This document shows, in pieces, positions 35,748 to 48,309 of a DNA stretch of 61,619 nt. The notes below the pieces were generated by a model. The model saw nothing but the letters and a program-made list of their open reading frames with translations, had not been told where the DNA came from and did not search any database. The DNA comes from Chara braunii (lineage: Eukaryota > Plantae > Charophyceae). Within the stretch, counting starts at the first letter, position 1. Each line of letters opens with the position of its first letter. Location: the NCBI GenBank assembly GCA_003427395.1, contig BFEA01000001.1, positions 12,539,691 to 12,601,309 of the forward strand, written 5' to 3'. The translations under genes and the position numbers were made by a program.

Positions 35748-38700
35748 GTGGAAATCCGCGGAATGCGACATAGAAGTCTGGGAAATCCGTACAACGCTAT
35801 TATCGAATTTATCGACTCAGGGGCCGCGGTCCTAGCCATTTCTTTGAGGGTCGTGGAACGGGCAGTAAGAAGAAAGGATCTGATCTCGTTGACAGAAGGA
35901 GATCACCTTGTCTTCGCCGATGAGGGAAAGATCAAGGTAGTAGGAAGGATGACAAATATTGCATGTCGACTAGGGAAAGTTCACGCGTTGGGAGATTTCG
36001 TGGTACTAGACGTAAACACATATGATGTTCTTTTAGGATTACCAGCCTTTACCACACTAAGAGCCAATTCCGAGAGGCGGTCAGTCATTCTGCGGAACAC
36101 GGGCGGGAAACCATACATTATCCCGATGCGCTTAACTCATCGGACTATGCTGCCTGCCACCCGGAAAAGCCCCCCCGAGACTGGAGAACCACTCCTTGTG
36201 ATCACCTGGAAGGAAAAGAACCACGGAGAAACGACACCAGAGTTGTCAAGCAAGTCTTCTGACAGTGAGGACGAATCAGACCCAGTAATCCGGGATATGG
36301 CGCACCAACTGATGCGCTGCCCCGTTCGACAGAAAACAACGAAAACATTCGTCCTTACGGAAAGAAATCTTCGACGCACACAGACTCTAACCTTAGGGGA
36401 ACCACTCGTACAAGTGTCTTGAATGGCTGATTCTTTGGAACCCCCTCAGACCTTATATGAAGCCACCACCCCGCTTCTCTCGAGATACAGCGACAAAAAA
36501 GCATTCTGCGACATTACGGGATTACCTCATTCCTTCGTCTCTACAGGGAAAGAGGCCCGATTGCTGCGACAGGGCGTTGAAGACGGAACTTTGGAACCCC
36601 CTGGGCGTGGAAGCCCTTACGAACTCGGGATCAAGATCGCCGAGAAACCCGTAAGCTTGCAGGACATCGATGACGGCGTAACACCAGAAGAACACGTGGC
36701 AATCCGGGAAGAAGACGTCCAGATGGTCACCACAGTGTTCTCCTGGCGATCAGACAACTCATTTATCTTAGCCCCTCCGTCGGGGAACGATAGAAAAGTG
36801 GTTACGAAACAGGTGACGGTTAACATACACGGACAACTCTTTGAACTACATGTGCCCCAGTACATGCCCGACGAAACTCGTCAACTAATCGCAGATATCC
36901 TAAACGAATATCAAGGGGCGATTAGTGTTGAGGACACAGATATCGGGTTGTCGTTAGTTATTCAGCGCGAAATCCAAACCGGAACACACCCACCAATCCA
37001 CTGCAAGCCATACCGGTACTCCCTCGCCGAACAAAAGACAACGTTGGAACGAATCAGGGAATTCGAATCTAACGGTTAGATTGAGCCAGCTACTGGACCA
37101 TGGTCATTCCCCGTAGTTCTAATTCCGAAGAAGAACCGGTCGATTCGCATTTACATCGATTATAGAAAGTTGAATGACATCATGATGAAGGATGTGTACC
37201 CCCTCCCCTGGATTGATGATCTGTTGGATGCGATTCAGTGTGCCAGATATTTTAGTAAGTTTGATATCCGCCATGTGTTCCATCATATCCTGCTTAAGAA
37301 GGAGGATCGGTCGAAAACGGCTTTCGTATTGTTCGAAGGCACGTAGCAGTGGGTTTGTTGCCCTATGGGAATATGCAATGGGTCGGCTACCATTCAGAGA
37401 GTGATGAACATCACCTTTCAAAACTTCGTCAACAAGACCCGACTGACCCAGGGAATGATCAACTTTTGCGTCATTGTGTACATGGACGATATCTTGGTGT
37501 ATTCTGAATCGTTTCACAAACATGCTCAACACATTGAATGGACGCTCGAGGCATTGCGGGATGCTGGATTCAAGATTGCGCTGGAGAAAAGCGAGTTTTT
37601 CCTTTCGGAAATCTTGTTTTTGGGGTACGTGGTGACACGAGGAGGTTTGAGGCCAGATTCGAGAACAGTTGAGGCGGTTCGAGAAACCCCTATGCCCACG
37701 TCGCTGATGCAAGTTCGAGCCTTCCTGGGGCTGGCCTCGTATTACCGACGTTTCATCAAGGGGTTTGCTGCAATCGCCCGACCTCTAACAAATCTTTTAC
37801 AAAAGGACCAGCCACTAAAGTGGGACGCGGAATGCGAGTAGGCCTTTGGCACCTGAAAGGAGGCCCTAGCCTTCGCGCCTATTTTGATTCGGCTTGATCC
37901 GGGTAAGCAATTCATCCTCATTACAGACTAGCAGCTTGAGGCGATCTCCGCTATTTTGGCCCAGAAAGGGAAGGACGGCCGCGAACACGTCACCGAATAC
38001 GCCTCGCGAGTTGTACCCAACGAAAGAAGGAACGATTCGGCCCCTCAAGGAGAATGCTACGCGGTCGTCTGGGAAATTCAGCACTTCCATTCGTATCTAT
38101 ACGGAAGTCCCTCCTCGTCACGGATCACGAGCCCCTGATGACTCTCAAGAGGCTCACTAACTATACGGGCATGATTGGGCGATGGGCTGTCCGACTACAG
38201 GAATACGACTTCGACATCATCCATCGGAAGATGGAAAAGCACAGGATCGCAGATGGGTTGACACGACTGCATCGACCAAGCAAGTTGCCTAAAGGTGAAG
38301 AGATCACTCCGTGGAAAGAGTCGGAGCCAATCAAGGGACCCCCGTACGACGGAGTGGCCATTCTCCCCCGAGCTTCAAGAAAGTGACACGTGGACACGAT
38401 AATGATGGGTGGAGAAGGTAACTCTAAAGGCCCCCTTTCTCCCCTCTCAACTTCTTCTCTTTTCTCCTTGACTGACAAATTTTGTTATTTTTGCGAAGCG
38501 ATATCGTGAGTTTATTTGGTTCTCATGCGTCCTAGTGAGGAGGGGTATGCCTAGTGGGTAGATTGTGAACGGTGTGTCTCAGGGGCCCAGGCTTCTGTAT
38601 TCAATACAGGAACGCGGATAAAGCCTGGTTATGTCCCTTGTGTCGAACCGATAAAATCCCGACGAATGCTTGATTCCTCGAAGCCACATCCAAAGGTTGG

Positions 38701-39867
38701 AGAAAACACACAAATTTCGACGGGCGGAAGTATGGGCAGATGTCGTTTTGATAGCCACGGTAGTCGGGAACTCCCTCCGGGAATTCACCAAGGAAGATCG
38801 GAGGCGAGTTAACGAGAGAGCACGGGATTACCGATGGAACGACGGACGATTGGAAAAACGAAAGACTGGCGGTAGTGGGATTTGGATGTCGGTGCCTCAT
38901 CCGTTCATGAGGTACGACTGGGTTAAATCGGCCCACGAAGAAACCGCCGTTCACTTTGCTGTCAAGATCACAGAGGCAACCATTGACAAGAACGAATGGT
39001 ATTGGTCCAATATCCGGGACGATGTTAAATTCATCGTTAAAAATTGTCTGGTATGCGCGGCAGACAAGGCAGCCGATTCAACCACCTAGGTCGATAGTGC
39101 CTATTGTAGTCGAGCGACCGTTCCAAAGGGTTAGCAGGGACACGACAGATATTGTCGTTCCCCCTGGAGCAAATAGCTGCGAATATTCAGTTCTTCTGGT
39201 ATTCGTGGATTATTTCTTGAAATGGATCGAGGCCTACCCTTGCAAAACATGATAGACGACGACAATTGTGCGGTATGTCAACCGCTTCCTCGGAATGCAT
39301 CAAGACACCAAGGAAATCCAAACAGACAACAGGCCAGAATTCCAAGGAGACATCTTAAGGAGCCTAGTCGTATATGGCGTCTCCATTCGCAATACGGCCC
39401 CCCATAGGTCGCGATCGAACGGACTGGTAGAGAATGCGGACCGGGTAATTAAGACAGCCTTGCAGCGAGATATCGCAGCTCGGGATACGAGGCCTTGGCC
39501 CGATATCGTAGACGACATTTTAGCTATCCACCGAGAGACACCCCATGAGTCCACCGGCCTGACCCCTTTTCAGCTACGGACCAATAGTCTGGCCTGCGTA
39601 GCCCTGCCAAGCCTAAACGACGAGACGACCCTTGTGCGACGAGCCACAAGGGCAACGGTCAAGGACAAGGCTCAACGCCACTTAGAGTTAATGGAAAAAG
39701 CCCTACGCCGACTAGCCCGAAAAAGACAACGGATGACCGAAATTGCCCACGGACGACAGGTCCGTCGCTATGAGGCCCGAAATGGGAATGTTGGGCCTCG
39801 GTCTCATTATAAATTAGGGGACATAGTGCAGGTGAGGAAATGTGCTCGCCAAAGCAAGTTAGGCTAA
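35748..39867 (+). pseudogene. pol: Ty3/Gypsy pol: protease, RT, RNase H, integrase (disrupted)
   Basis: FIDSGA and YDVLLG (protease); IDYRKLN, YPLP, MGICN, VYMDDILVYS (RT); VRAFLGLASYYRRFI, TDHEPL..RWAVRLQEYDF (RNase H); H..H..CLVC, VDYF, TDNRPEF, SNGLVE (integrase). PR-RT-RH-IN order. In-frame stops and frameshifts. Confidence 0.95.
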
Positions 39868-40539
39868 CCGCCACGATTCTTTGGGCGATTCCGCGTAGTC
39901 GAGTTCGGTCCCAGCGGAGTGAACACGGTGCGGCTTGCGCCGGAGGTCTCGGGAAGCCGATCGGCTCAACCAATCATTTGACACATGTCCTATCTTCGTC
40001 CCTTACCTCCTTCTCTGTCTCTTCCCTCGTTCACATCGTCCCTCGATTCTCAAGAGGAAGGCGACGATCTCATACTCGAATACTCTGATTCTCCTTCCTC
40101 TCAACACCTGGGGGGCATATTTCGTCGATGTGCCAGGTATAACGACCACGATTGAGTCATAATCTGCTCCGTTTCGCGGCTTTCTTTACTACAACGGTCA
40201 TCCACGTGGCAGCGGACTTTCGGTTTGCACGGACCAACGATCGAACGTGGGTGTTGGCCGAGTGTCGACTTTCCTGCGGTTGTCCCCACCAGGTGTCAGC
40301 CACGTGACAGTGATCGTCACATTCACCGACGATCTTAGGACGTTGCATCCGTCAGCTCATACAGGCGCCCTCCGACAACTCTGACTCTGGGCACGGGACC
40401 TCACGGATGCGTGGGTCCAACTTTTAGCTTGGTCAGTCGATCGGATCGACTCCACCAACGACATCGACCTCAACCAGCTCAGACTCTCTCTCTCTACTTC
40501 GGAGGTCATCATCCTGGATCTTTTTCCCTTCGCACAACC

Positions 40540-42240
40540 TCAATGAACCGGCACCGCCTCTCGACCTTTGGGCTTCCCTCTGATCTCCCTATCTTCTGGC
40601 AGTCCACTACGGACGTCCCTCTCTCTTTTCGGATCAAGCAATTGGATGTGTCGATCCTTGATGCCGGCAACGGCGGCAAGTGGGTGGAGTGGTCGAATGC
40701 GTACGTCGCTCTCAACTTCTGCCTTTTCGAAGTGGTGTTCCATTGGGCGGAGCCGGCCGATAAGGACGAAGAGGACGAGAACAAACGTGGAAGGGGAGCT
40801 GTTGGGGATTTTGTTCGGCAAGGTGAGGGACGACCATTTGGAGCCAATCACAAGCAAAATCCTGGTGTTTCTGGCGCAGCTCCTGGACGATCTACCTCTG
40901 GATATCTTGTCACGCTGTGACGAGCGGACCACACCAGCGGTGCTTACCCGCACGTTGGTACCACATCTGCTGTGGTCCACGTGTACGGAGCTCGACGACG
41001 ACAACTGCTATTACCCCTCCTCAGGCTACTAGCTGGTCATCGACGTGACCAATCTCACCTTGTGGGATCCGATCGCCCGAAGAGTGGAGGTGGAAGGAGA
41101 AGCCGACGACGAGGAGGAAGGGAAGAAAGAGAGGAGGTGAGCGAACAAGACGAAGAAGAAAACTCAGGGGCGGAATCTGACGATCCCAATTACCACGAGT
41201 CTGAGGAGGGCGAGCTGGAAGAAAGTGAGTCGGGCGAATCGGAAAGTTCCAACGAACGGAGTAAGGAGGAAGACGAAGCCGCAACCCAGAAGAGGCGGGA
41301 AAGGGCGGAAGGAAAGCGACCCGTAGAAGAGTCGGACGGACCCGCGGTGCGGCTACTACAAGGAGATCCGACGCGCAATCCAGAGCCACCACAAGAGGAG
41401 CCCGGAGAGGATGGCATCACCAACGCAGAGGGATCCGGAAGCCGACGCCGTAGAAGTTCTTCGCCGGCTCGATGCTCTCCACCACCACGGCCCACCGTTC
41501 GCATACGTGGAGATGCGGGCGTTGGGGCTTCGTCCCCGGTCATTATCCCGCTGTCCCCTTGATTACCTCACCATCCATCAGCTCGTGGGCCGCCCTCCGT
41601 TCCCTTCTAACTGGCATCCTTTCCCACCTTCCCTCTTCCACCAACTCTATTCTACCTGCCTCATCGCCATCGTTTTCTCGCACGCCACCACTCGTTCTCT
41701 CGTAACTTCTTTTCCCCTTCACATCCTTCTCTTTAGCGCTGCATGGAGGGAATATAATATAGAGGTTTATTGCATAATCGCGGGTACCATCCTTGCATGC
41801 GAAGAATATGAGAATTTTCGCACCGCGATTCCTCGCACCCTTTGTACCCTCTATCCTGATTACCTCGCTTCACTCCCGCATTAAGATCATCGTTTTCGTC
41901 ACATCCATCACACCGTCCACTACACCAGGCTCCCTGCTGGAGATCGGCAGCTTCACCACTTTCTGCCACCCATCCCGCAAGTTCCTCCTCCTCCTCCCCC
42001 ACCTGTCATAAGGCTACCATTCCCCGACAATCTCTAGGATCGGAGTTCGCGGTGCCACCAGGATGACTTCCTCACTCTTATCTCACAGTAAGTGGCACGT
42101 GTCAGCTCCACGTTGATCGCTGGTGCTTTCTCACAAGATCGATGGATGATTGGGTGAGCAAGCAGGAGCTTGCTCAAGATTGGAACCCCCTGGGCGTTGT
42201 CGGGACAGAAACCCCTGTGAGGGTTTCTGCCCGAGGATTT
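40540..42240 (+). pseudogene. extra ORF remnants downstream of the Gypsy integrase, function unknown
   Basis: Consecutive + strand frames (40411-40920, 40568-41032, 40972-41562) give a globular-looking region followed by an acidic/Ser-Arg-rich tail. Further remnants at 41600-42240. Confidence 0.5.
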
Positions 42241-43001
42241 CAAGATCGGACGTTGTTCGACTTTTTTTTTTTAATTAAGAGATTCGTGTTGGACACTGTC
42301 CGACCCTTTTTTGGATGAGAGACTTGATGAGGTTGACGTTGCCAAAGTTTATTCAGACCAGCCCTATGACTGAGAACTTTAAACTTTTTAGAAATTGACC
42401 AATCGAAACAGCGGGAGTCGGCGATACGACTCGTCGTCCGCGGTTCCCGACATGGCCGCAGGGTTGCGCGGTCATGGAAAGACTAAGGCTAGATTTATTC
42501 TACCTAAAAGACTGGCGCGTGATTGCTAAGCTGCGCGATTCAGGGCCTAAGTAGGCTAAAAAGAGGGATGCGCCGGGTATAGGGCCACGACGCAGGGGAA
42601 TAGGAAGAAGAGGTTTTTCTTTCCTAGGCTGCGGGGGCTGACATCGAGCCAGGGGGGGCCAACCGACGGGGCAGGGTCTGCCAGTAAAGCATATTAGGCT
42701 TCAGGCAGGCGGGATTTGCAGAGCCGCAGGCAAGCAGGTCCTGCAAGGCCACAACATGGGGAAAAGTGACTGGGCAAGCTCTTCATATAGAAGAGGTGCT
42801 CCTATCACTGTCGTGACAGGAGCTAGCCCAGTAGGTTACAGTGCCAAACTCTCACCCGACATATACCGAGATCGAATTTGATATGAAAATAAACTGAACG
42901 ATGAGCCAGGTGGCGCTGGCTGAAGTAAGGGGACTTATTGTCTCCTAGGAAGAACTGCAGGCGGCCATCGGAAACGAGCAACCGTTTTGTTTTCTGAGAT
43001 A

Positions 43002-43043
<42 letters not shown>

Positions 43044-43315
43044 ATTTTCTAGATTCTTAGATTTGCTTTAGATGTTTCTTAGATTTTGTTGTCTTCTTTT
43101 TCTTTTTATTTGTAAAATTCGTAAACGCCCGTTCGTTTCAACGAACGGGCTGCTACTCTAGATAAGGATGAGCAAAATTGATCGAATCTGCCGCCATAAG
43201 GCGGTGACGTTCTTGGTGCGGGAAGAGACACGAGGGGCTCTTTGAAAACGAACGGGCAAGTCGTTCTCAGAGGGCTTTTCGCGACTGGTTGTTCGTTACT
43301 GGTGACGACTGCAAC

Positions 43316-43319
<4 letters not shown>

Positions 43320-43402
<83 letters not shown>
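43320..43402. repeat. (AG)n microsatellite
   Basis: Directly visible. Confidence 0.97.
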
Positions 43403-43405
<3 letters not shown>

Positions 43406-43464
43406 GAGCTCATAGGCCTTGCGCCTGTATCGGGTGCCTTCTTCCGCCCAGATACAGGCGTAGG

Positions 43465-43522
43465 CAGGGGGGGAAGACCCCTTTGAGCTTGACTCTAGTT
43501 CGACTCTGCAAAATGACTGAGG
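43465..43522 (+). pseudogene. short diverged fragment of LSU (25S/28S) rRNA, start of domain V
   Basis: GAAGACCC..TTGAGCTTGACTCTAGT.CGACT.TG..AAATGACT matches the conserved eukaryotic LSU stretch GAAGACCCTGTTGAGCTTGACTCTAGTCCGACTTTGTGAAATGACTT. Confidence 0.78.
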
Positions 43523-44284
43523 CTGGCTGCTTGTTTTGAAAACGAGTTGCCTCTGCATAGAAGAACGAAGGGGTAGGTAGGAAAAAAAGAAAGAAATAAG
43601 TAACGGCCACGTACATGGCCGCGAGGGTAGAGTAGATACAGGGATAAAAATTAGAAGAAGAGGGGAAAAGATGGAACAAAAAAAGGGGACGTCGCGAATT
43701 TAATCGCGACGTAGGGCCAGATGCTAGGGAAGAAGCATCTGGACTCAGAGTTGACAGCAGACTGTTGAACTTGCCTCTATACAGCCATTTAAGGCTGCAT
43801 CTGGTCGGGGGTAGCGGTCAGATGCATTACCAAGGCCTGGAACTTGGTTCCCTTAGGGAAACATCAAGTTTCTTAGCCCTTTTATCGCGTTTGAGATCAA
43901 GGGTCAGGCCTCACTTCGAGTTTTGGCTGGGGGCAAAGCAACTGCCTCAGCCTTCAGCCAGCTATAAAACAGCCAATAGCCAGCCAACCAGCATTCATTT
44001 GTGGCTGGTGCTGCTAGCATTTCGCTTGGGTGAATGCTGGCTGCTGGAGGAGGAGCTGCTAGTGGAGTGAGAAGGAGCTGAGTGGAGGACTGCAAGAGAG
44101 AGAGGGGGACTGCTGGAGGTGGCTATAGCTGTGAAGCACAACCATAGTCGCCATCTCAACGAGGGGAAGAGAGAGAAGCACTGGAGGTCTGCAGAGAGCG
44201 TGGGAATGAGGGTAGCCATAGCTTCCACTGCACTTGGTGGAACGCAGGGGAGGTGCTGTTCGCTCAACATGGCAACGGCGACAC

Positions 44285-44478
44285 TTTTTGGCGGTGACGC
44301 GGAAGCGCTGCCGATTTTTTGCGGCGGCGGCACTGAGATTTTGGTAGTGGCGCGGAAGTGCTGCCAAAATCCTCCGGCGTCGACGGTGTTTTTTGGCAGC
44401 GACGCGGAAGTGCTGCCGAACTTTTGCGGCGGCGGTTGTGCGTTCTAGGTGGTGGCGTGGAAGCGCTGCCCATTTTGC
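44285..44478 (+). repeat. 4 diverged tandem units with GGAAGYGCTGCC
   Basis: Motif at about 44301, 44354, 44406 and 44459. Confidence 0.8.
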
Positions 44479-44799
44479 CTTGACTGTGAGGGATATTTTG
44501 TGGCAGTATGCTCTAGTATTGACGACAACGGCGTGGTGGTGCGGTTAGTGTGACGGCGATGCTGAAACGTCGTCAGATTATAGGGAAGTGATTCTGTGTT
44601 GAAAATGTATTGTGGCAGGCGTTCGTCGCAAGGGAGTGGTGTGGATCACTTTGCTGACGGCTCATTGTGAAAGTTTCTCATTTGAAGGCGATAAGTGATA
44701 CGGTTTTCTTGAGTGAGACGTACATCATCTTCACTCAAGGTCAGTCAGTCAGTTAGTTGGTCAGTTTGACTCAGACCCCTTCACACCTGTGTGAACCCA

Positions 44800-46782
44800 C
44801 ACTTGCTTGACCCTGTTCTTTGAGTGTTCACTGAAAAGGTAGAGGAAATGTGTGTTTGCACACGTGAATGGAAGTCTGATATGAGTTTGAAATTGCATTG
44901 TCTTTTTTTGAACTTGTTGTTTGATTTGATGTGCAGGTAGGTAGAAGGATGCCTGAAAAAAGAGAGTCTGACCATGTCAATGACAATGAGAGAATGATGT
45001 TTGTTATCAGTTGCTCACTTGTATGTATGTTGAAGGGATGGGAAGTCAGTAGACGACGAGAAATGAAGTGACCACACAAAGAAGAAGAAATCAATTGAAC
45101 ATAAACTTTTTCTTGAGGTTACCCGTTCTTTCCGGAATTACCCTCCCTGTCTATGCCCGTCTCTCTGAATGATTTTCTCTTTTGTGATCTCTTCCTTTTT
45201 CGTCTAAGTTACCCTTGACGTCAGGCGTTGAGGGATCATTTTGCCCGCCGTGGTATACGTTTTTCCTTTCCCTAGGAGGCATCTGAGGCGGGGGTTCGTT
45301 GCGTTAAGGGCCGGCCCTGCTGCCGACTCGGAGCGGACCGTTCATGCGGGGGGATACCATGCTGTTTTGGTGGAGCCAGCCCGACTTCTGAGATCCGAGG
45401 TTCGCTCGGGCGAGGACGAGGGGTGTCCCAGACCACCTTTTAGGGGAAAGGATTTGCGGCTAATCGCAGGGGGCCTTGAGTTCCATGACGCCTCGCGTTA
45501 CGGGGGGAATTGCCATAGCATACACCTCTAGTGGCCGTTTTAGGGATCACTCGTGCATGGAGAACTGAGCCACAAGAAGCTCGGTTCATCGTTACTAGTT
45601 GGAACAGAGCGCGACTAGGCACTCTTGTCATGGTTGGCCTCACCACAAGAAGCGAGAACCAATAGGGTCGATATGCAAGCAAGGCTTTGATAGTTAGAGT
45701 CGGGAACGACCTTTCCCGGCAGGGTCAATCAGGGTCAGGAGGACAAGGCAACCAACAAAATTTGAAAGTGGATCCTTGTCCTTAATGGAGCATCCAGTGT
45801 TCGGTTGTTGAAGATGATCGCTAACTTGTATAGTGGTAGCCAGATTACTTTCAAATGACATTCACACCAAAGTTGGAGTGAAAACGTAGTCATCACTAGA
45901 GCGATAACATCTTAACTTTGCTTGGAAGTTGAGATGTCAACATTTTTTTGATAGCAGTCAGTGTGGTATGGGCTGAAAGAACTTGGCAATGCACCTCATC
46001 AAGTCAAAAAGTCGTGTCAACCCAGCCATTTGGCATGCAGAGTGAAGATATTTCGGTCAGGCGCCATTTGAGCGTCGCTATGCATCTAAATCATGCTTTT
46101 ATCCTTTTGCTGACAAATGTTATTTGAAGTCGAGTCAACTCATGTTGGCTCGTTGTTAAATGACAAGCCAAGTCAGCCTTTGTCGATTTGATCTGAACGA
46201 GTGGTAGGCATGATTGCAATATGTACATATCGATTTCAGAATATAAGTCAACTTACGTTGACCTGAGTCTTCTTTTGAAAATGATTTGTGTGATTAACTC
46301 CTGATTGTCTTTGAAAGGAGGGACTAGGATCGCTCGAAGTTTTTTCTTACGCTTAGGTTATCACGTCCTAGTCGATCCTGGGAGATCAGCGCCCTAGGGA
46401 CGAACGACGCTCGGGTACACTTTGGCGTTCAACCATGCGTACCTATGCTACAATGAATGATCAAACGCCCCCGGTCGACCTACCTCTGCAATTGCATCAT
46501 AAAAGCCTTCGCACGTGGGCCGGTAGCTCGGCAGGGATACACCCCTGAGGGTGGTGACAGCCCCTTAGGGAAGGTAAGTTGTGCCCCGCGAGAACCTATC
46601 CTGTCGTAGGGGACCGCGGGATGTACAGCTGGCGCACTCAGCCGGAGCGGTGAAGGGTCGGTGCGAGTTACCAGATCATCCCCGAGTTGTCTCTTAAAAA
46701 TTGAAAGCCTAAGTTTCTCCTGTGTGACGCGCCCGGGAGGGCCACCGCTCGCGCGGGGGCCGATGCGCTCGACAACGTCACA
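44800..46782 (+). mobile_element. LTR-type block ending CGTCACA; left boundary approximate
   Basis: The 3' ~400 bp is homologous to 12720-13140. The terminal CGTCACA is the inverted complement of the TGTGACG LTR start. Confidence 0.5.
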
Positions 46783-46784
46783 TA

Positions 46785-47772
46785 TGTGACGAACCATTTT
46801 CTGCAACTGTGCGATTTTCTGCGCAAGGCTACTTCGGGGTTGAATCAGAAGGGTCCGCAACTTCCGCAAGATTACATGGGTGCCCTTGTTTTTCTTGTTT
46901 TTCTTGTTTTTCTTGTTTTTGGAATCGAGGCCGGGGTGATCTTGTGACTATTGGCAGCTGGTCGCGCCTTAGCGATCGCGAGAGATAATTGTTGTCATAG
47001 CTTCTTTCTTGTTCTGCTGTGGGAAATGAGAATTTTGGCGTTGTCATCTCGTGGGAATTTTTTTTTGAATTTTCAAACTGAGGTCGAGCCCCCGCGAGCT
47101 CTCGGAATTTGCTCCGTTCGGAATTTCTTTTTACAATTAGGATTTAGATTAGGAATCTCAATTTTTGTTGCACGACGCTTCTTGTTGGCGCACGCCTTGT
47201 CGCGTTAGGATCTGTGTTCTGACTTATTCGAGCCTTTATCCTTGCGTGTAACTTTAATTTTTGTTTTGGCGGGCATAATTGCAACTGTAATCCCCTTGTT
47301 CTTGATATCTTTTGTGGCGTCCGCGCACTTCTTCCTCTGTCTTAATTCGCCAGAATACTGGCATGACTGGATCGATGTGTGGAGTGAGGCTACGTCCCCC
47401 ACGTCGCGACCTGGCCATGCAGACGAAGGCACTTCCTTCCTCCTCTTTCTTTTTCCACTTAGCCACAATCCCGGGTATCTCGCACAAGGATGCATCCTAT
47501 AAATCTCGCAAGCGCAATTAACTGCCTCTCTAAGACTTCTGGAAGTTAGCGCGGTCGATAGGGTCGGCTAACGAGCGAGATTTGGAAGGTGAGTAGAGAG
47601 CTAGGCGATCTGATGAGCTGGTGCTGGGTATGCGGGGTTGACGTGGGGCCGCGACGAACTGTGGCGCACGGGCGAACCTGTCATGCATGCTCGGACTATG
47701 CAGGGACAACTCTGTGTGGGTGCGAGGCGACGGACTTTCCGCATCGGGACGTTGTGAAGAGAGAGAGAGAGA

Positions 47773-47829
<57 letters not shown>

Positions 47830-48309
47830 GAGAGGTGTCGTGGTGATGTTTCTCTTTTGTCCTTTTGAGCAATTTCGGTATTCAGCGCCATTCGCCTTGC
47901 CCTTCTTTTGGTCGACACCTCGGGTTTTTCTTCGTTTTCCTTGATTCGGATATGGATTGCTTTCTCCACTGTCCATCTGGACCATGTCTATCTTTTTGAA
48001 TCGACAAATCTGATTGATTGGTTTCCGGTGAACGAGTCTTGTGTGATCTCTGGGCTAACTGGCCAAAGAATTGTCGCATGACCCTCGATTCTCTGTTTGT
48101 ATGTAAGATAGATGCATGGGCAATAGGCGTGATTCTTTCTGTGTATGAATTGGATAAATATGCTAACTAGTAGATAACCGTCGCATTATAGGATGACCCA
48201 ATCTCGCGAATCACTGCTTTTATCCATCTGATCGAAGGACAGGTCCCGCCCATGCACGTGTAGGCTCGACCAAAGACGATTGCTGCCTACACGCGCGTCT
48301 GCGAAACCT
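46785..48309 (+). repeat. LTR-type block, second copy of 33939-35442 (probably continues to the right)
   Basis: Colinear alignment; starts TGTGACG. Confidence 0.85.

Noticed and set aside
33939-48309. One intact LTR retrotransposon bounded by the two 1.5-kb repeats
   Set aside because: The repeats are clearly diverged, there is no PBS, PPT or TSD, the shared segment does not end in CA, and unrelated blocks lie between 42300 and 46782.
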